DNA of 32,000 bases from Candidatus Hermodarchaeota archaeon (GTDB lineage Archaea > Asgardarchaeota > Heimdallarchaeia > Hodarchaeales > Hodarchaeaceae), in contig JBHLKY010000020.1 of the NCBI GenBank assembly GCA_048886185.1, forward strand, positions 46,073-78,072. The letters are read 5' to 3'. Positions 17,590 through 26,087 of this stretch are shown piece by piece. The position numbers were made by a program, and so were the translations under genes. Numbering within the stretch: position 1 is the first letter of the stretch; each line of letters starts with the position of its first letter. Below the pieces are notes generated by a model. The model saw nothing but the letters and a program-made list of their open reading frames with translations, did not search any database and was not told the DNA's origin.

Positions 17590-18582
17590 CTAAAGATTAG
17601 TAACTTTCAAATTTCTAACAAAATCTTGGAGAGAATTAATTTCGTTTTGGTTTTTCATCATATCGTTTTTATTAATTTGTATAAACCATCCTTTATTTCT
17701 AAGCATTCCTGACTGGGTAATGTATTTAGATTCATCTATTAGTTGCTCAAACCTAACATCTAATCCCATTTTTTGTAAAATTTCGATATAATCAACTAAA
17801 TTTGATTTATAGGTTAAATGAAAGGAATTTTTAAACATTTTTCGTTTTTCAAGAAATAAACCTGCTGATATGGTTAATATCATATCACTATCTTTTTTGA
17901 TCCTTTGAACTTTACCAAAATGCAATAAAATCCATAAAAATTGCATAACATTCCTTCGAATTGCCAGAAAATCATAATATCCTGCATATGTATTCATATC
18001 TTGAATCCCAAAATTTGAATCATTTAAAACATTTAGAAAACCAATATCATTCATTAGATGTAATTTAGTTTCTTGGTTGATTCCATTATCAAAGAAATCG
18101 CTCAAGATACCGACTTTGGAAACGCTTTTAGGCTTCTTGATTTCATCTTGCGGGATATTTCTTAGGATTTTATTAAGAATTGTTATTCTATGGAAAGGTT
18201 TTATGAATTGGTTAAAATCTTGTTTAATATTTTCATTATTTTTGTATCTATTTTTAAAATCAGCATAAGAAATCATTTTTTGTTTTGTTAATTGATCACA
18301 CGGATATTTAGAGCAATATGCACAATTCTGAATATTATTATAAGTTACACATTTTCGTATTAAACAGGATTTAATATTAAAGGAAACTTTTGAATTTTTA
18401 GGTAATTCATCGTATTGTGATTGACAACCGGGACAAGGTGCGATAGTCAACTCAGTACCCATGTAAGTGACACATTTCTTATTAAATAGTTTCAATGCTT
18501 GTTTTGTGCTTATTTTTTTTCTAGAATCTATCGACCATGCACAATTTATGCAATCATGTCCACATTTTGCTATATTTTCCAT
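17590..18582 (-). CDS. DUF3795-like Cys-rich domain protein with long C-terminal extension
   Basis: CGHDCINC...CPGC...CLIRKC...NCAYCSKYPC (11 Cys in the first ~95 aa). Strong TAAGGAGGT RBS at 18592-18600. Confidence 0.8.
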   Translation of the reverse strand: MENIAKCGHDCINCAWSIDSRKKISTKQALKLFNKKCVTYMGTELTIAPCPGCQSQYDELPKNSKVSFNIKSCLIRKCVTYNNIQNCAYCSKYPCDQLTKQKMISYADFKNRYKNNENIKQDFNQFIKPFHRITILNKILRNIPQDEIKKPKSVSKVGILSDFFDNGINQETKLHLMNDIGFLNVLNDSNFGIQDMNTYAGYYDFLAIRRNVMQFLWILLHFGKVQRIKKDSDMILTISAGLFLEKRKMFKNSFHLTYKSNLVDYIEILQKMGLDVRFEQLIDESKYITQSGMLRNKGWFIQINKNDMMKNQNEINSLQDFVRNLKVTNL

Positions 18583-18699
18583 TGCTATCTTACCTCCTTA
18601 GTTAACATTCATAAATAAGGTGTTTTATATTTTCGATATATTGATGAATTCTTATCATGTTGTTTAATCAAAACTATTTCTACTGGTCCTCTTGCCTAT

Positions 18700-19248
18700 T
18701 CAAGACTGAGTAGAGAGATTTGTTACAAATCTTTTACTAGAAATTTCCTTTAAAAAGGTCATATAATCAAGATCTATCGTCTCTTCTTCAACGATTTTTA
18801 ACGCGATCATGAACTGGCCAGAATGATATATTAAGTGGTTAAAAAATGTAAAAAAGAAATCATTTCCTAGATATATTTCCTCATTATTAAATACAACAGT
18901 TTTTTCAATATTATCTAGCAATAATTCCTTAAATTCAATATAATGCTTTTCCCATCGCCCAAGTAGCTGTTCTTTTGTAAGAAGACGATAATTTTGGATT
19001 GTAGCATTTTCATCCCAAGTTAAACACTTGATTATATGACTCCCATACTCCAATCCAATCATACAGTGTTCAACTATGGATCTTAGCGATGATGTTGGAC
19101 ATTCAGTATCGTTAACAAATTTTGACTTAATATCCTGGTTGAATTTCTCGTCAGTAAGCTTTTCAAGATATTTGCTGAGCTTTTCATTTACCCATAATGA
19201 GTATTCAGCAATTTGCACAATAAAACTAGAATTTTTCTTCACTTGCAT
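18700..19248 (-). CDS. DinB family protein, copy 2
   Basis: YSLWVNEKL, SLRSIVEH, FNHLIYHSGQ (HxxxH). Confidence 0.78.
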   Translation of the reverse strand: MQVKKNSSFIVQIAEYSLWVNEKLSKYLEKLTDEKFNQDIKSKFVNDTECPTSSLRSIVEHCMIGLEYGSHIIKCLTWDENATIQNYRLLTKEQLLGRWEKHYIEFKELLLDNIEKTVVFNNEEIYLGNDFFFTFFNHLIYHSGQFMIALKIVEEETIDLDYMTFLKEISSKRFVTNLSTQS

Positions 19249-19259
19249 CTCCGGCTCTT

Positions 19260-20291
19260 TTATTCATAGGTGGTTGGTTTGGTTACTGATGTAATTTCTT
19301 GTTCTCCAAGGCCTTTGAAATAAAACTCTTTAGAAGTTTTACACGTTATTTTCAGGAAGTTTTCGCCATCTCGAACCCCATTTAAATTTTCTTCTACTTG
19401 TCCAGTTTCCGATCCTTTCGTTATTCCCTCCTCATATCTAGATTGATGATAAAGTATCTGTAACAACCATCTAGTTCTGAGTATGAGGTGTAACCATTTT
19501 AATTCCGCTTTTGTTACAGGCGCTTCTTCTAGATAAGCAGTAATAAAATCATAGTATTGTCTTTTTCGTTCAGGTTGGTATAAATCACAATACATCATCA
19601 TAGGAGCAATATCAAACAAAAGGAAATCGAAGTGAGCAGCGTTAAAGTCAATAATTCCCATATAATTCCCATCCTTAAAGAGGAAATCTTTTGGCCCTAC
19701 ATCACCATGTATGACAGCCATAGTTAGCTGATTTTTAGGTAAAGAATTTATTTCGTGTTCCCATTTTTCATATTGTTGTCTTATATACTCATTTTCAGGC
19801 ATGTACTCTTCACTAGCTTCTATTACGTATGAAATCGTGTCCCATGGTTTAGCTGAAAGCCTCTTTTCACCTTTTTCTTTAACCATTTGAATGGATACTT
19901 GATGAATCCTACCCAATTCTCTTCCATAGAATGAAAGTACTGAATCTATTTTGTCTAATGTTTCATAATAAGTACCAGGTATAAATGATTGCACAACTAT
20001 GACATTATCTTCGTATAAAAGACTGAATGTACCTTCTTTAGTCGTTACTGGCTTTGATGTTTTGATCCCATGATCTGCAAAATAATCATAAACTTCCATA
20101 ATATATTCTACATTTCTTACTGAATCATAGATAAACCGAAGCACATATTCCCCTTTGTTTGTGCGAATATGATAATTGTCACTTTGAAATCCACTATTGA
20201 GCGCTTTTACTACTTTACTAAGTTCTCCAACATCGAAGTGTTCCACAATATTCCTGATTTTTCTATCATCAAGGATCATTATAAGCCACAC
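19260..20291 (-). CDS. APH / type II homoserine kinase-like phosphotransferase
   Basis: GFQSDNYHIRT...YVLRF, GRELGRIH, IHGDVGPKDFLF, IIDF, FDIA. ATG20279 is a likely alternative start. Confidence 0.88.
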   Translation of the reverse strand: MWLIMILDDRKIRNIVEHFDVGELSKVVKALNSGFQSDNYHIRTNKGEYVLRFIYDSVRNVEYIMEVYDYFADHGIKTSKPVTTKEGTFSLLYEDNVIVVQSFIPGTYYETLDKIDSVLSFYGRELGRIHQVSIQMVKEKGEKRLSAKPWDTISYVIEASEEYMPENEYIRQQYEKWEHEINSLPKNQLTMAVIHGDVGPKDFLFKDGNYMGIIDFNAAHFDFLLFDIAPMMMYCDLYQPERKRQYYDFITAYLEEAPVTKAELKWLHLILRTRWLLQILYHQSRYEEGITKGSETGQVEENLNGVRDGENFLKITCKTSKEFYFKGLGEQEITSVTKPTTYE

Positions 20292-20354
20292 TTGTTATAA
20301 ACAGCATTTCAATATTGTCACATTCATATAGATATTTCAAAAGCTAAAACAAGT

Positions 20355-21152
20355 TTACGACACATTTTTTAATTTTAATTGGAAAATTAATTGGGATGTG
20401 GGTGAAACTGGTTCATTTTGATAACTTCCAACTAGTAATTCTACCTCTAGTCCACTTTTTTCAAATAAGGTAAGGTATTGGTCTTGGTACATGTATCGAG
20501 TTGTCCAAGTTGATTCAGTTCTCTCAATAATGTTATCTTCGGCATCAAAACATGTAAATCGAAGTTTTGTGTATATTAATTGTGCTTGTATATCTGCAGC
20601 TAATGCATCTTCAACTAAAATTGTCTTTCCAGAATTTTCTAAAGGGTATCTGTTTCTAACAGTCCAAATCATTCCTTGAGATTCTAAACATTTCTGTAAA
20701 AAATCTTGGTTTGGATTTGGTGCATTGAAGAGAAATCTTCCTTGAAATGCTAGATGTCTAGAGACACATTTTAAACAATTTAATGCTTCTTGTTCAGATA
20801 AATTATGAAAGAACGCATCTACACAAATAATTGTATTAAACTTTTTCTTAAAAGAAAAATTATTCATGTCTTGTTTAAAAATCTCCACTCGCTGGTCAAT
20901 TTCGATAGGTTCTCTTGAAAGTTTTTCACGGAAGCGAGAGAGCATTCCTTCAGATCGGTCAAAAGCAACAATACTATGCCCTTCTCTTGCGAGAAGTATA
21001 GACATTCTCCCCGTTCCACTGGCAATGTCAAGAATTGGATCTCCGAAAGAATGAGCTTTTGCAAGGTACCATTTTACTTCATGTTTTCCACTTATACCCA
21101 CTGTTTCATCATAATACTTCACAATAGGGTCTTCAGTCATTGAACCATACAT
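20355..21152 (-). CDS. Class I SAM-dependent methyltransferase
   Basis: ILDIASGTGR (motif I), AFDRSEGML, QDMNNFSF, HLAFQGRFLF. Confidence 0.9.
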   Translation of the reverse strand: MYGSMTEDPIVKYYDETVGISGKHEVKWYLAKAHSFGDPILDIASGTGRMSILLAREGHSIVAFDRSEGMLSRFREKLSREPIEIDQRVEIFKQDMNNFSFKKKFNTIICVDAFFHNLSEQEALNCLKCVSRHLAFQGRFLFNAPNPNQDFLQKCLESQGMIWTVRNRYPLENSGKTILVEDALAADIQAQLIYTKLRFTCFDAEDNIIERTESTWTTRYMYQDQYLTLFEKSGLEVELLVGSYQNEPVSPTSQLIFQLKLKNVS

Positions 21153-21217
21153 TCATATCCCAAAACTAATGTATTATTAATGAAGATTGAAATTTAGAAT
21201 TCTGGTCTTGTTAGTTA

Positions 21218-21802
21218 TCAGAGTTTCTTTACAATCCGACAGGGATTACCTACCGCTACCACATTAGGAGGAATATCCTTCGTGACTACAGAACCTGCTC
21301 CAATTGTGCTATCAGCACCAATTGTTACTCCAGGTAGTATTATAACACCTGAACCAATCCATGATTGTTTCCCAATTGAAATTTTATAGGCTAATTCTGA
21401 ACCCAAGGTTCTTAATTCAGCATCAAGTGGATGAGTGGCTGTAATTATTTGAACGTTTGATCCTATTTGTACTTTTTTCCCAATGTGTACTCGATTAGGA
21501 TCTAAAATTGTACAATTGAAATTCATATAAACGCTCTCATCCAAGAATATGTTGTACCCATAATCACAATAAAATGGTGGCTCGATCCAACAATTATTTC
21601 CTAATTTACCAAGAAAATTAGTTAGAATTTGCCTCCGTACTTCATAGAGCTCAGTCAAAGAAAATTCTTCTTCTGAAGTCCCATTAAATTTTCTCAATAC
21701 TTGTCGAGCTTTGTATCTATCTCTCATTAGAGAACTCTCTCCAGCATTGTAGAATTCCCCATCAAGCATTTTTTGTTTTTCTGTTTTTTCTGGATTTACC
21801 AA
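21218..21802 (-). CDS. maa: Sugar (maltose/galactoside) O-acetyltransferase, hexapeptide repeat
   Basis: TEKQKMLDGEFY, IEPPFYCDYGYNI, NFNCTILD, ATHPLD, WIGSGVIILPGVTIG, GAGSVVTKDIP..VVAVGNPCR. GAGGT RBS before TTG. Confidence 0.93.
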   Translation of the reverse strand: MVNPEKTEKQKMLDGEFYNAGESSLMRDRYKARQVLRKFNGTSEEEFSLTELYEVRRQILTNFLGKLGNNCWIEPPFYCDYGYNIFLDESVYMNFNCTILDPNRVHIGKKVQIGSNVQIITATHPLDAELRTLGSELAYKISIGKQSWIGSGVIILPGVTIGADSTIGAGSVVTKDIPPNVVAVGNPCRIVKKL

Positions 21803-21908
21803 ATTACTTACCTCTCTATAAATTATGAGAGAATTATAGACTTTTTAGAGGCTAGATATTTAAGAAAAAGAATATCGTTTCTCAGCATTTATATTTATAC
21901 AAGAAAAT

Positions 21909-22682
21909 GTGTCTGTACACACTATGAAGGTATATTCATTGATAGAATTAGATGCTTCCTATCTTTCTGATTTGGTAAATAGATTACTTGATGATTTGAG
22001 GAAAGTCAGTAGGGAATTTATTTACGAATCTATTCATAATACAATAGATGAATATGGATATAAAAGATTAGGAATACGTGTTCCTGCCATCCGTAAGATT
22101 ACAGCTCCATATTGGAAAGAATTGAGAGAAAAAGGAATAAAAAATGCGGATGTAGTATTTAAAGTATGCGAACATCTATATTCTAAGAAAATTACTGAGT
22201 TAAGGCTCATTGCGACAGATTGGAGTTTTAATGTCAAAAATCAATTTAAGGCCAGTCATTTTGATGTTCTAGAATCTTGGATTAAAAGACATTTCACGAG
22301 TTGGGGAAGCTGTGATTCTTTTTGCACAAGAACAATGGGATACTTTCTTCTGCATCATCCAAAGTTTATACCAGATGTAAAACAATGGACTAAATCAGCA
22401 AATCCCTGGGTCCGACGTGCAGCTGCGGTATCATTCATTTATGGATTAAGGAGAGAAAAATTTCTTCAAGATTGTTTTGATGTTGCAAATACTTTATTAA
22501 ATGATTCAGATATTTATGTACTCAAAGGGTATGGCTGGATGCTAAAAGAAGCAAGCAATAAATTCAGAGATGAAGTTTTCAATTATGTTATAGAAAATAA
22601 AAGCATAATGCCACGAGTGTCATTACGTTATGCTATTGAGAAGATGCCCAAAGAGATGAGAAGAGTAGCAATGGAAAAATAA
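21909..22682 (+). CDS. DNA alkylation repair protein (AlkD-like HEAT-repeat family)
   Basis: LGIRVPAIRKI, ELRLIA, WGSCDSF, WTKSANPWVRRAA, KGYGWMLKE, LRYAIEKM. Confidence 0.88.
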   Translation: MSVHTMKVYSLIELDASYLSDLVNRLLDDLRKVSREFIYESIHNTIDEYGYKRLGIRVPAIRKITAPYWKELREKGIKNADVVFKVCEHLYSKKITELRLIATDWSFNVKNQFKASHFDVLESWIKRHFTSWGSCDSFCTRTMGYFLLHHPKFIPDVKQWTKSANPWVRRAAAVSFIYGLRREKFLQDCFDVANTLLNDSDIYVLKGYGWMLKEASNKFRDEVFNYVIENKSIMPRVSLRYAIEKMPKEMRRVAMEK

Positions 22683-22728
22683 GTCATGCAGTTAAGAAGA
22701 AATAAGAGAGTTTTGAAGAGGAACAAAG

Positions 22729-23529
22729 TTGAAATTAAAAAATAAGGTGGTTTTAGTTACAGGAGGAGCATTAGGTTTTAAAACTGGTGGCCCTTCAATA
22801 GGAAGTGCTATAGCTATTAAATTTGCTATAGAAGGAGCTAAAGTAGTTGTTGTTGATGTTTTAGAGGAAATGGGCCAAAAGACTGTTGATATTATTAACG
22901 AACGAGGAGGTGAAGGACTATTTGTAAAAACAGACGTAAGAAAAACTGATGAAGTCAAAAAATCTATAGAAATAACAATAAAAAGATTTAAAATGTTGCA
23001 TACTCTTGTGAATTGTGCAGCATCATATGAAGGAGATATTTTTCGAAATATTGTAGAGATTCCAGAGAAAGATTGGAATCATATCATTGATGTGAACTTA
23101 AATGGGTATTTCAGGTTTGCTAAGTATTCTATCCCCGTAATTTTGAAAAGTGGCGGAGGTACAATTATAAATATTTCATCCATGGCTGCTTTTAAAGTTG
23201 TACCAAATTTCAGTGTTTATCCTGTTACTAAAGCTGCAATCAATGCCTTAACGAGAACTTTAGCAATCGATTTTGCCCCTCAAATTCGTACAAACGCTAT
23301 TTGTCCAGGTTTTGTAAAGATCGCTAATTCTGAAAGAGATCGTAATCCAGAAGAACTAAAAGAATGGTATTCAATTATTGGTAGAACATATCCTCTTAAA
23401 AGAGTCTGTACTGTAGCTGAAATTGCTAATACAGCGTTATTCCTGGCTAGTGATGACTCATCATTTATTAATGGTGAGTGTTTAGTAGTTGATGGAGGGA
23501 GATCTGTGTCAGATAGTCATAAATTTTGA
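22729..23529 (+). CDS. SDR family NAD(P)-dependent oxidoreductase
   Basis: VLVTGG, VVVVD, LVNCAA, NISS, YPVTK (YxxxK), RTNAICPG, FLASDDSSFING. GAGG RBS before TTG. Confidence 0.92.
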   Translation: MKLKNKVVLVTGGALGFKTGGPSIGSAIAIKFAIEGAKVVVVDVLEEMGQKTVDIINERGGEGLFVKTDVRKTDEVKKSIEITIKRFKMLHTLVNCAASYEGDIFRNIVEIPEKDWNHIIDVNLNGYFRFAKYSIPVILKSGGGTIINISSMAAFKVVPNFSVYPVTKAAINALTRTLAIDFAPQIRTNAICPGFVKIANSERDRNPEELKEWYSIIGRTYPLKRVCTVAEIANTALFLASDDSSFINGECLVVDGGRSVSDSHKF

Positions 23530-23573
23530 TAATATACTCATATTACTGAAGAAATAATTAAAACTAGCTCCAT

Positions 23574-24938
23574 TTAATCTTTCCAAGCATCTAGTGCCTT
23601 TTTCATTAGAGCTAAGGCTTGCTTCTCATGAGGAATGGCCTCTCGGAGGATTTTCGCTCCTTTAAGTCGTTTCTCTTTTGATATCTCCCCCTCGAATGCG
23701 AAGGGGAAAATTTCCTGAAACGATTTAAGAATCCCCACGATTTCATTGAATTTCTTTGCAGCTTTTCTCAAATGATCTGAAAAAGGCTCTGAATGGTACT
23801 TTTCCGCTAATCGTCCGAGAAATGCGGCAGCTAGATCTTTAGCTTCCAATGTACACTCATTAACATAAGAATTGCCATGATATAACACATTCTCTTTTGG
23901 AGCTGTTTCCAATACTTTTGCCCATTCTTTGTATGCAAGAGCTCCAGCTACATAATTTTCTTCTGCTAAATGCCCTTTAGCTAGAGTAATTGCTCTCTGG
24001 AGGGCTTTTATGTCATCAGACATGGTAATCTCGTTTTTTTGATTTTCAAAAATGACTGCATGAAGGCCTCCAGGCGCCTGAAGTGAATCAAAAGCAATAG
24101 GATCATCGGGTTGATTCATTAATCTCCGAAATGTACTAACCATATATGAGCTCTCCTGATAACCAGTTACAATTCCATATTCGGGGATTGGTATACCCCA
24201 CAGAACAACAGGATAGTTAAGGTCAATGGCTTTCTTAATCCTTTGAAAGATTTTATCAGCCCTATTACGATCTTTTGGAGTGATACGTCCTTCTTGCATT
24301 GGATAACAACCTGGATCATCGATCTGTTCTGTACTATATCCAAGAGCATCTGTTCCTTTCATGATTTCCTGCCACATTTTTCCCAAAGCAGTAGGCCCAG
24401 ACGGGCAGGTTGAAAGTTTGGAAACATTTGGTAAGGCAAAAGCATACCCAGTATAACCTCCAGTGTTTATGAGATCATGTTCTTCTTTCCCTAACGCTTT
24501 CATCACCCCTGATACGGATCCTAAATATGAAATCCAACAAGGTTGATAGGCTGGTTCTATCGTTAATTTTTTTCTCATCATTTTCATTCTTCCATGTGAA
24601 TAGCGACTTATGAGTTTCTTTCTCTCTAGTTCTTGTTTGATACTTGTTTCATTATAAAAAGATTTAATTAAAGCAAGTAGGTTACGTCCATCATCTGTAA
24701 TCAAATATTTTCCTCGTTCAACACGTTTGATCAATCTGATTTTCAGTATTTTAGTCAGGTGATTAGATAAGGCTGTTTTTTGTAAATTAGTTTTAGTTAA
24801 TAACGAGGAAAAGTCTTGTGGTTCATCCATCACCAATGTTAAGATTTCTAATCTTTTTTTATGACCTATTGCTTTTAAGATCTCTGTTATCTCATCAATT
24901 GATCCTAGAATATCTAATTCCATGATTTCGGTACCCAT
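23574..24938 (-). CDS. ArsR-type winged-HTH regulator fused to a papain/BtrH_N-like domain and helical C-terminus
   Basis: ILKAIGHKKRLEIL...TALSNHLTKIL...RGKYLITDDG (wHTH); then PCWISY, IKKAIDLNYPVVLWG, EYGIVTGY (papain/C39-like core pattern, recognised by eye). Confidence 0.75.
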   Translation of the reverse strand: MGTEIMELDILGSIDEITEILKAIGHKKRLEILTLVMDEPQDFSSLLTKTNLQKTALSNHLTKILKIRLIKRVERGKYLITDDGRNLLALIKSFYNETSIKQELERKKLISRYSHGRMKMMRKKLTIEPAYQPCWISYLGSVSGVMKALGKEEHDLINTGGYTGYAFALPNVSKLSTCPSGPTALGKMWQEIMKGTDALGYSTEQIDDPGCYPMQEGRITPKDRNRADKIFQRIKKAIDLNYPVVLWGIPIPEYGIVTGYQESSYMVSTFRRLMNQPDDPIAFDSLQAPGGLHAVIFENQKNEITMSDDIKALQRAITLAKGHLAEENYVAGALAYKEWAKVLETAPKENVLYHGNSYVNECTLEAKDLAAAFLGRLAEKYHSEPFSDHLRKAAKKFNEIVGILKSFQEIFPFAFEGEISKEKRLKGAKILREAIPHEKQALALMKKALDAWKD

Positions 24939-24956
24939 ATTTCGCCATTAAGAACA

Positions 24957-24986
24957 AAATCATCATTATGATTTGTCATATAAAAA
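24957..24986 (-). promoter_or_regulatory. TATA-like box plus inverted repeat upstream of the wHTH gene
   Basis: Minus-strand TTTTTATATG (24977-24986) followed by AAATCAT-n4-ATGATTT (24957-24974), 19-36 nt before the ATG. Confidence 0.45.
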
Positions 24987-25061
24987 GATTCCTAAGAATT
25001 ATGAAATATATTCCTAAAAAAAGTGAATAAAATAATTGCCAGTATATTAAATGAAAGCATC

Positions 25062-26018
25062 CTAAGAATACGTAGAATTCTGATAAACACGTATATAGTC
25101 AACAATCATTGTTTGAGGGAAAACAGAGTCGTCGATACCATAAAGACCACCCCAAGTACCACCAACAGCAATATTTAAAATCCAGTAAAAATTTTGGTCG
25201 AATGGCCAGGTGTAAGCGGATGCATTCACCTCTTTTTGAAATGTAAAATACTTTATATCATCCACAAAAAAATCAATACGATTGGGAAACCATTCAATGG
25301 CATAGATGTGGAATTGTTCCTCACATGTAGCCATAAAAACAGACCCCCCTTGTTGAGTACCCTTCAGATGATTATAAGCATCACAATGAATCGTTCCATG
25401 AATAAGCCCAGGTTGATATCCCACATATTCCATTATATCTATCTCCCCACTTTCGGGCCAGCCACCATAAACACTACTTTGGGGCATCATCCAGATAGCA
25501 GGCCAGAGTCCTCGGCCATGTGGCAATATTGCACGAGCCTCAAATCTACCATATGTCCAATAAGCCTTTGATTGGGTATTTATCCGTGCGGAAGTATATT
25601 TAATACCTATTTTATCACTCAATACCGCTTTTATTATCAAGGTTCCATCTTCTACATAGGAATTATTTAGATCCTTTACATACTCCTGTTCTTCTTCATT
25701 TACCCATCCAGGTCCACGCCATTCAAAATTCCATTTGGATTCATTGGGAAAACCAGAATAATTAAACTCATCAGACCAATTTAACTGCTCCCAAAGATAA
25801 GAAGAATATTGCACCTCAAGGAAAGATGGTTCAGGTTCCTCATCGATTGGGTTGGGTTCCTCAGTTTCTTCAGGTTCCTCATTCGTTTGTTCATTTGTTG
25901 TATTGTTAGAATCAGGGGTTATAGATGGAGTATTTAGGTTAAAAAGAGCTAGAAATGTGACTCCAATTAATAAAAGAGACATTGAACCTCCAATCATTAA
26001 TATTCTGCGATAAGACAT
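25062..26018 (-). CDS. GH16 endo-beta-1,3-glucanase (laminarinase-like), N-terminally membrane anchored
   Basis: WSDEFN, YTSARINT, YGRFEARA, GLWPAIWMM, GEIDIME (ExDxxE catalytic motif), FHIYAIEW, ILNIAVGGTWGG, VDYIRVY. N-terminal TM, then an acidic/Pro linker (EEPEETEEPNPIDEEPEP); 6 N-x-S/T sequons. Confidence 0.94.
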   Translation of the reverse strand: MSYRRILMIGGSMSLLLIGVTFLALFNLNTPSITPDSNNTTNEQTNEEPEETEEPNPIDEEPEPSFLEVQYSSYLWEQLNWSDEFNYSGFPNESKWNFEWRGPGWVNEEEQEYVKDLNNSYVEDGTLIIKAVLSDKIGIKYTSARINTQSKAYWTYGRFEARAILPHGRGLWPAIWMMPQSSVYGGWPESGEIDIMEYVGYQPGLIHGTIHCDAYNHLKGTQQGGSVFMATCEEQFHIYAIEWFPNRIDFFVDDIKYFTFQKEVNASAYTWPFDQNFYWILNIAVGGTWGGLYGIDDSVFPQTMIVDYIRVYQNSTYS

Positions 26019-26087
26019 AATTTCACTGTATCTTGAGGATATTATTAAATTTTTCTGTTAGATCACAAAGGAGGAAGTTGTAAGCCA

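Noticed and set aside
17455-17610. Open alternative frame past the DUF3795 stop (possible frameshift extension)
   Set aside because: No slippery site recognised, and the peptide is I/L/F/K-rich as expected from AT-rich non-coding DNA.
16246-22958. ORFs 16246-16512, 16547-16738, 17485-17712, 18077-18268, 19076-19294, 20491-20679, 20864-21064, 20866-21054, 21773-21970, 22034-22237, 22692-22958
   Set aside because: Antisense or overlapping shadows of supported CDSs.
3573-23529. Selenocysteine or global stop-codon recoding
   Set aside because: Genes ending in TGA or TAG (ADH, PTE, DinB, LLM2, Maa, SDR) stop at normal family lengths, and no convincing SECIS or downstream in-frame continuation was seen.
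25841-25900. Low-complexity repeat-like DNA in GH16
   Set aside because: Explained by the acidic Glu/Pro/Thr/Asn linker; not a tandem array.
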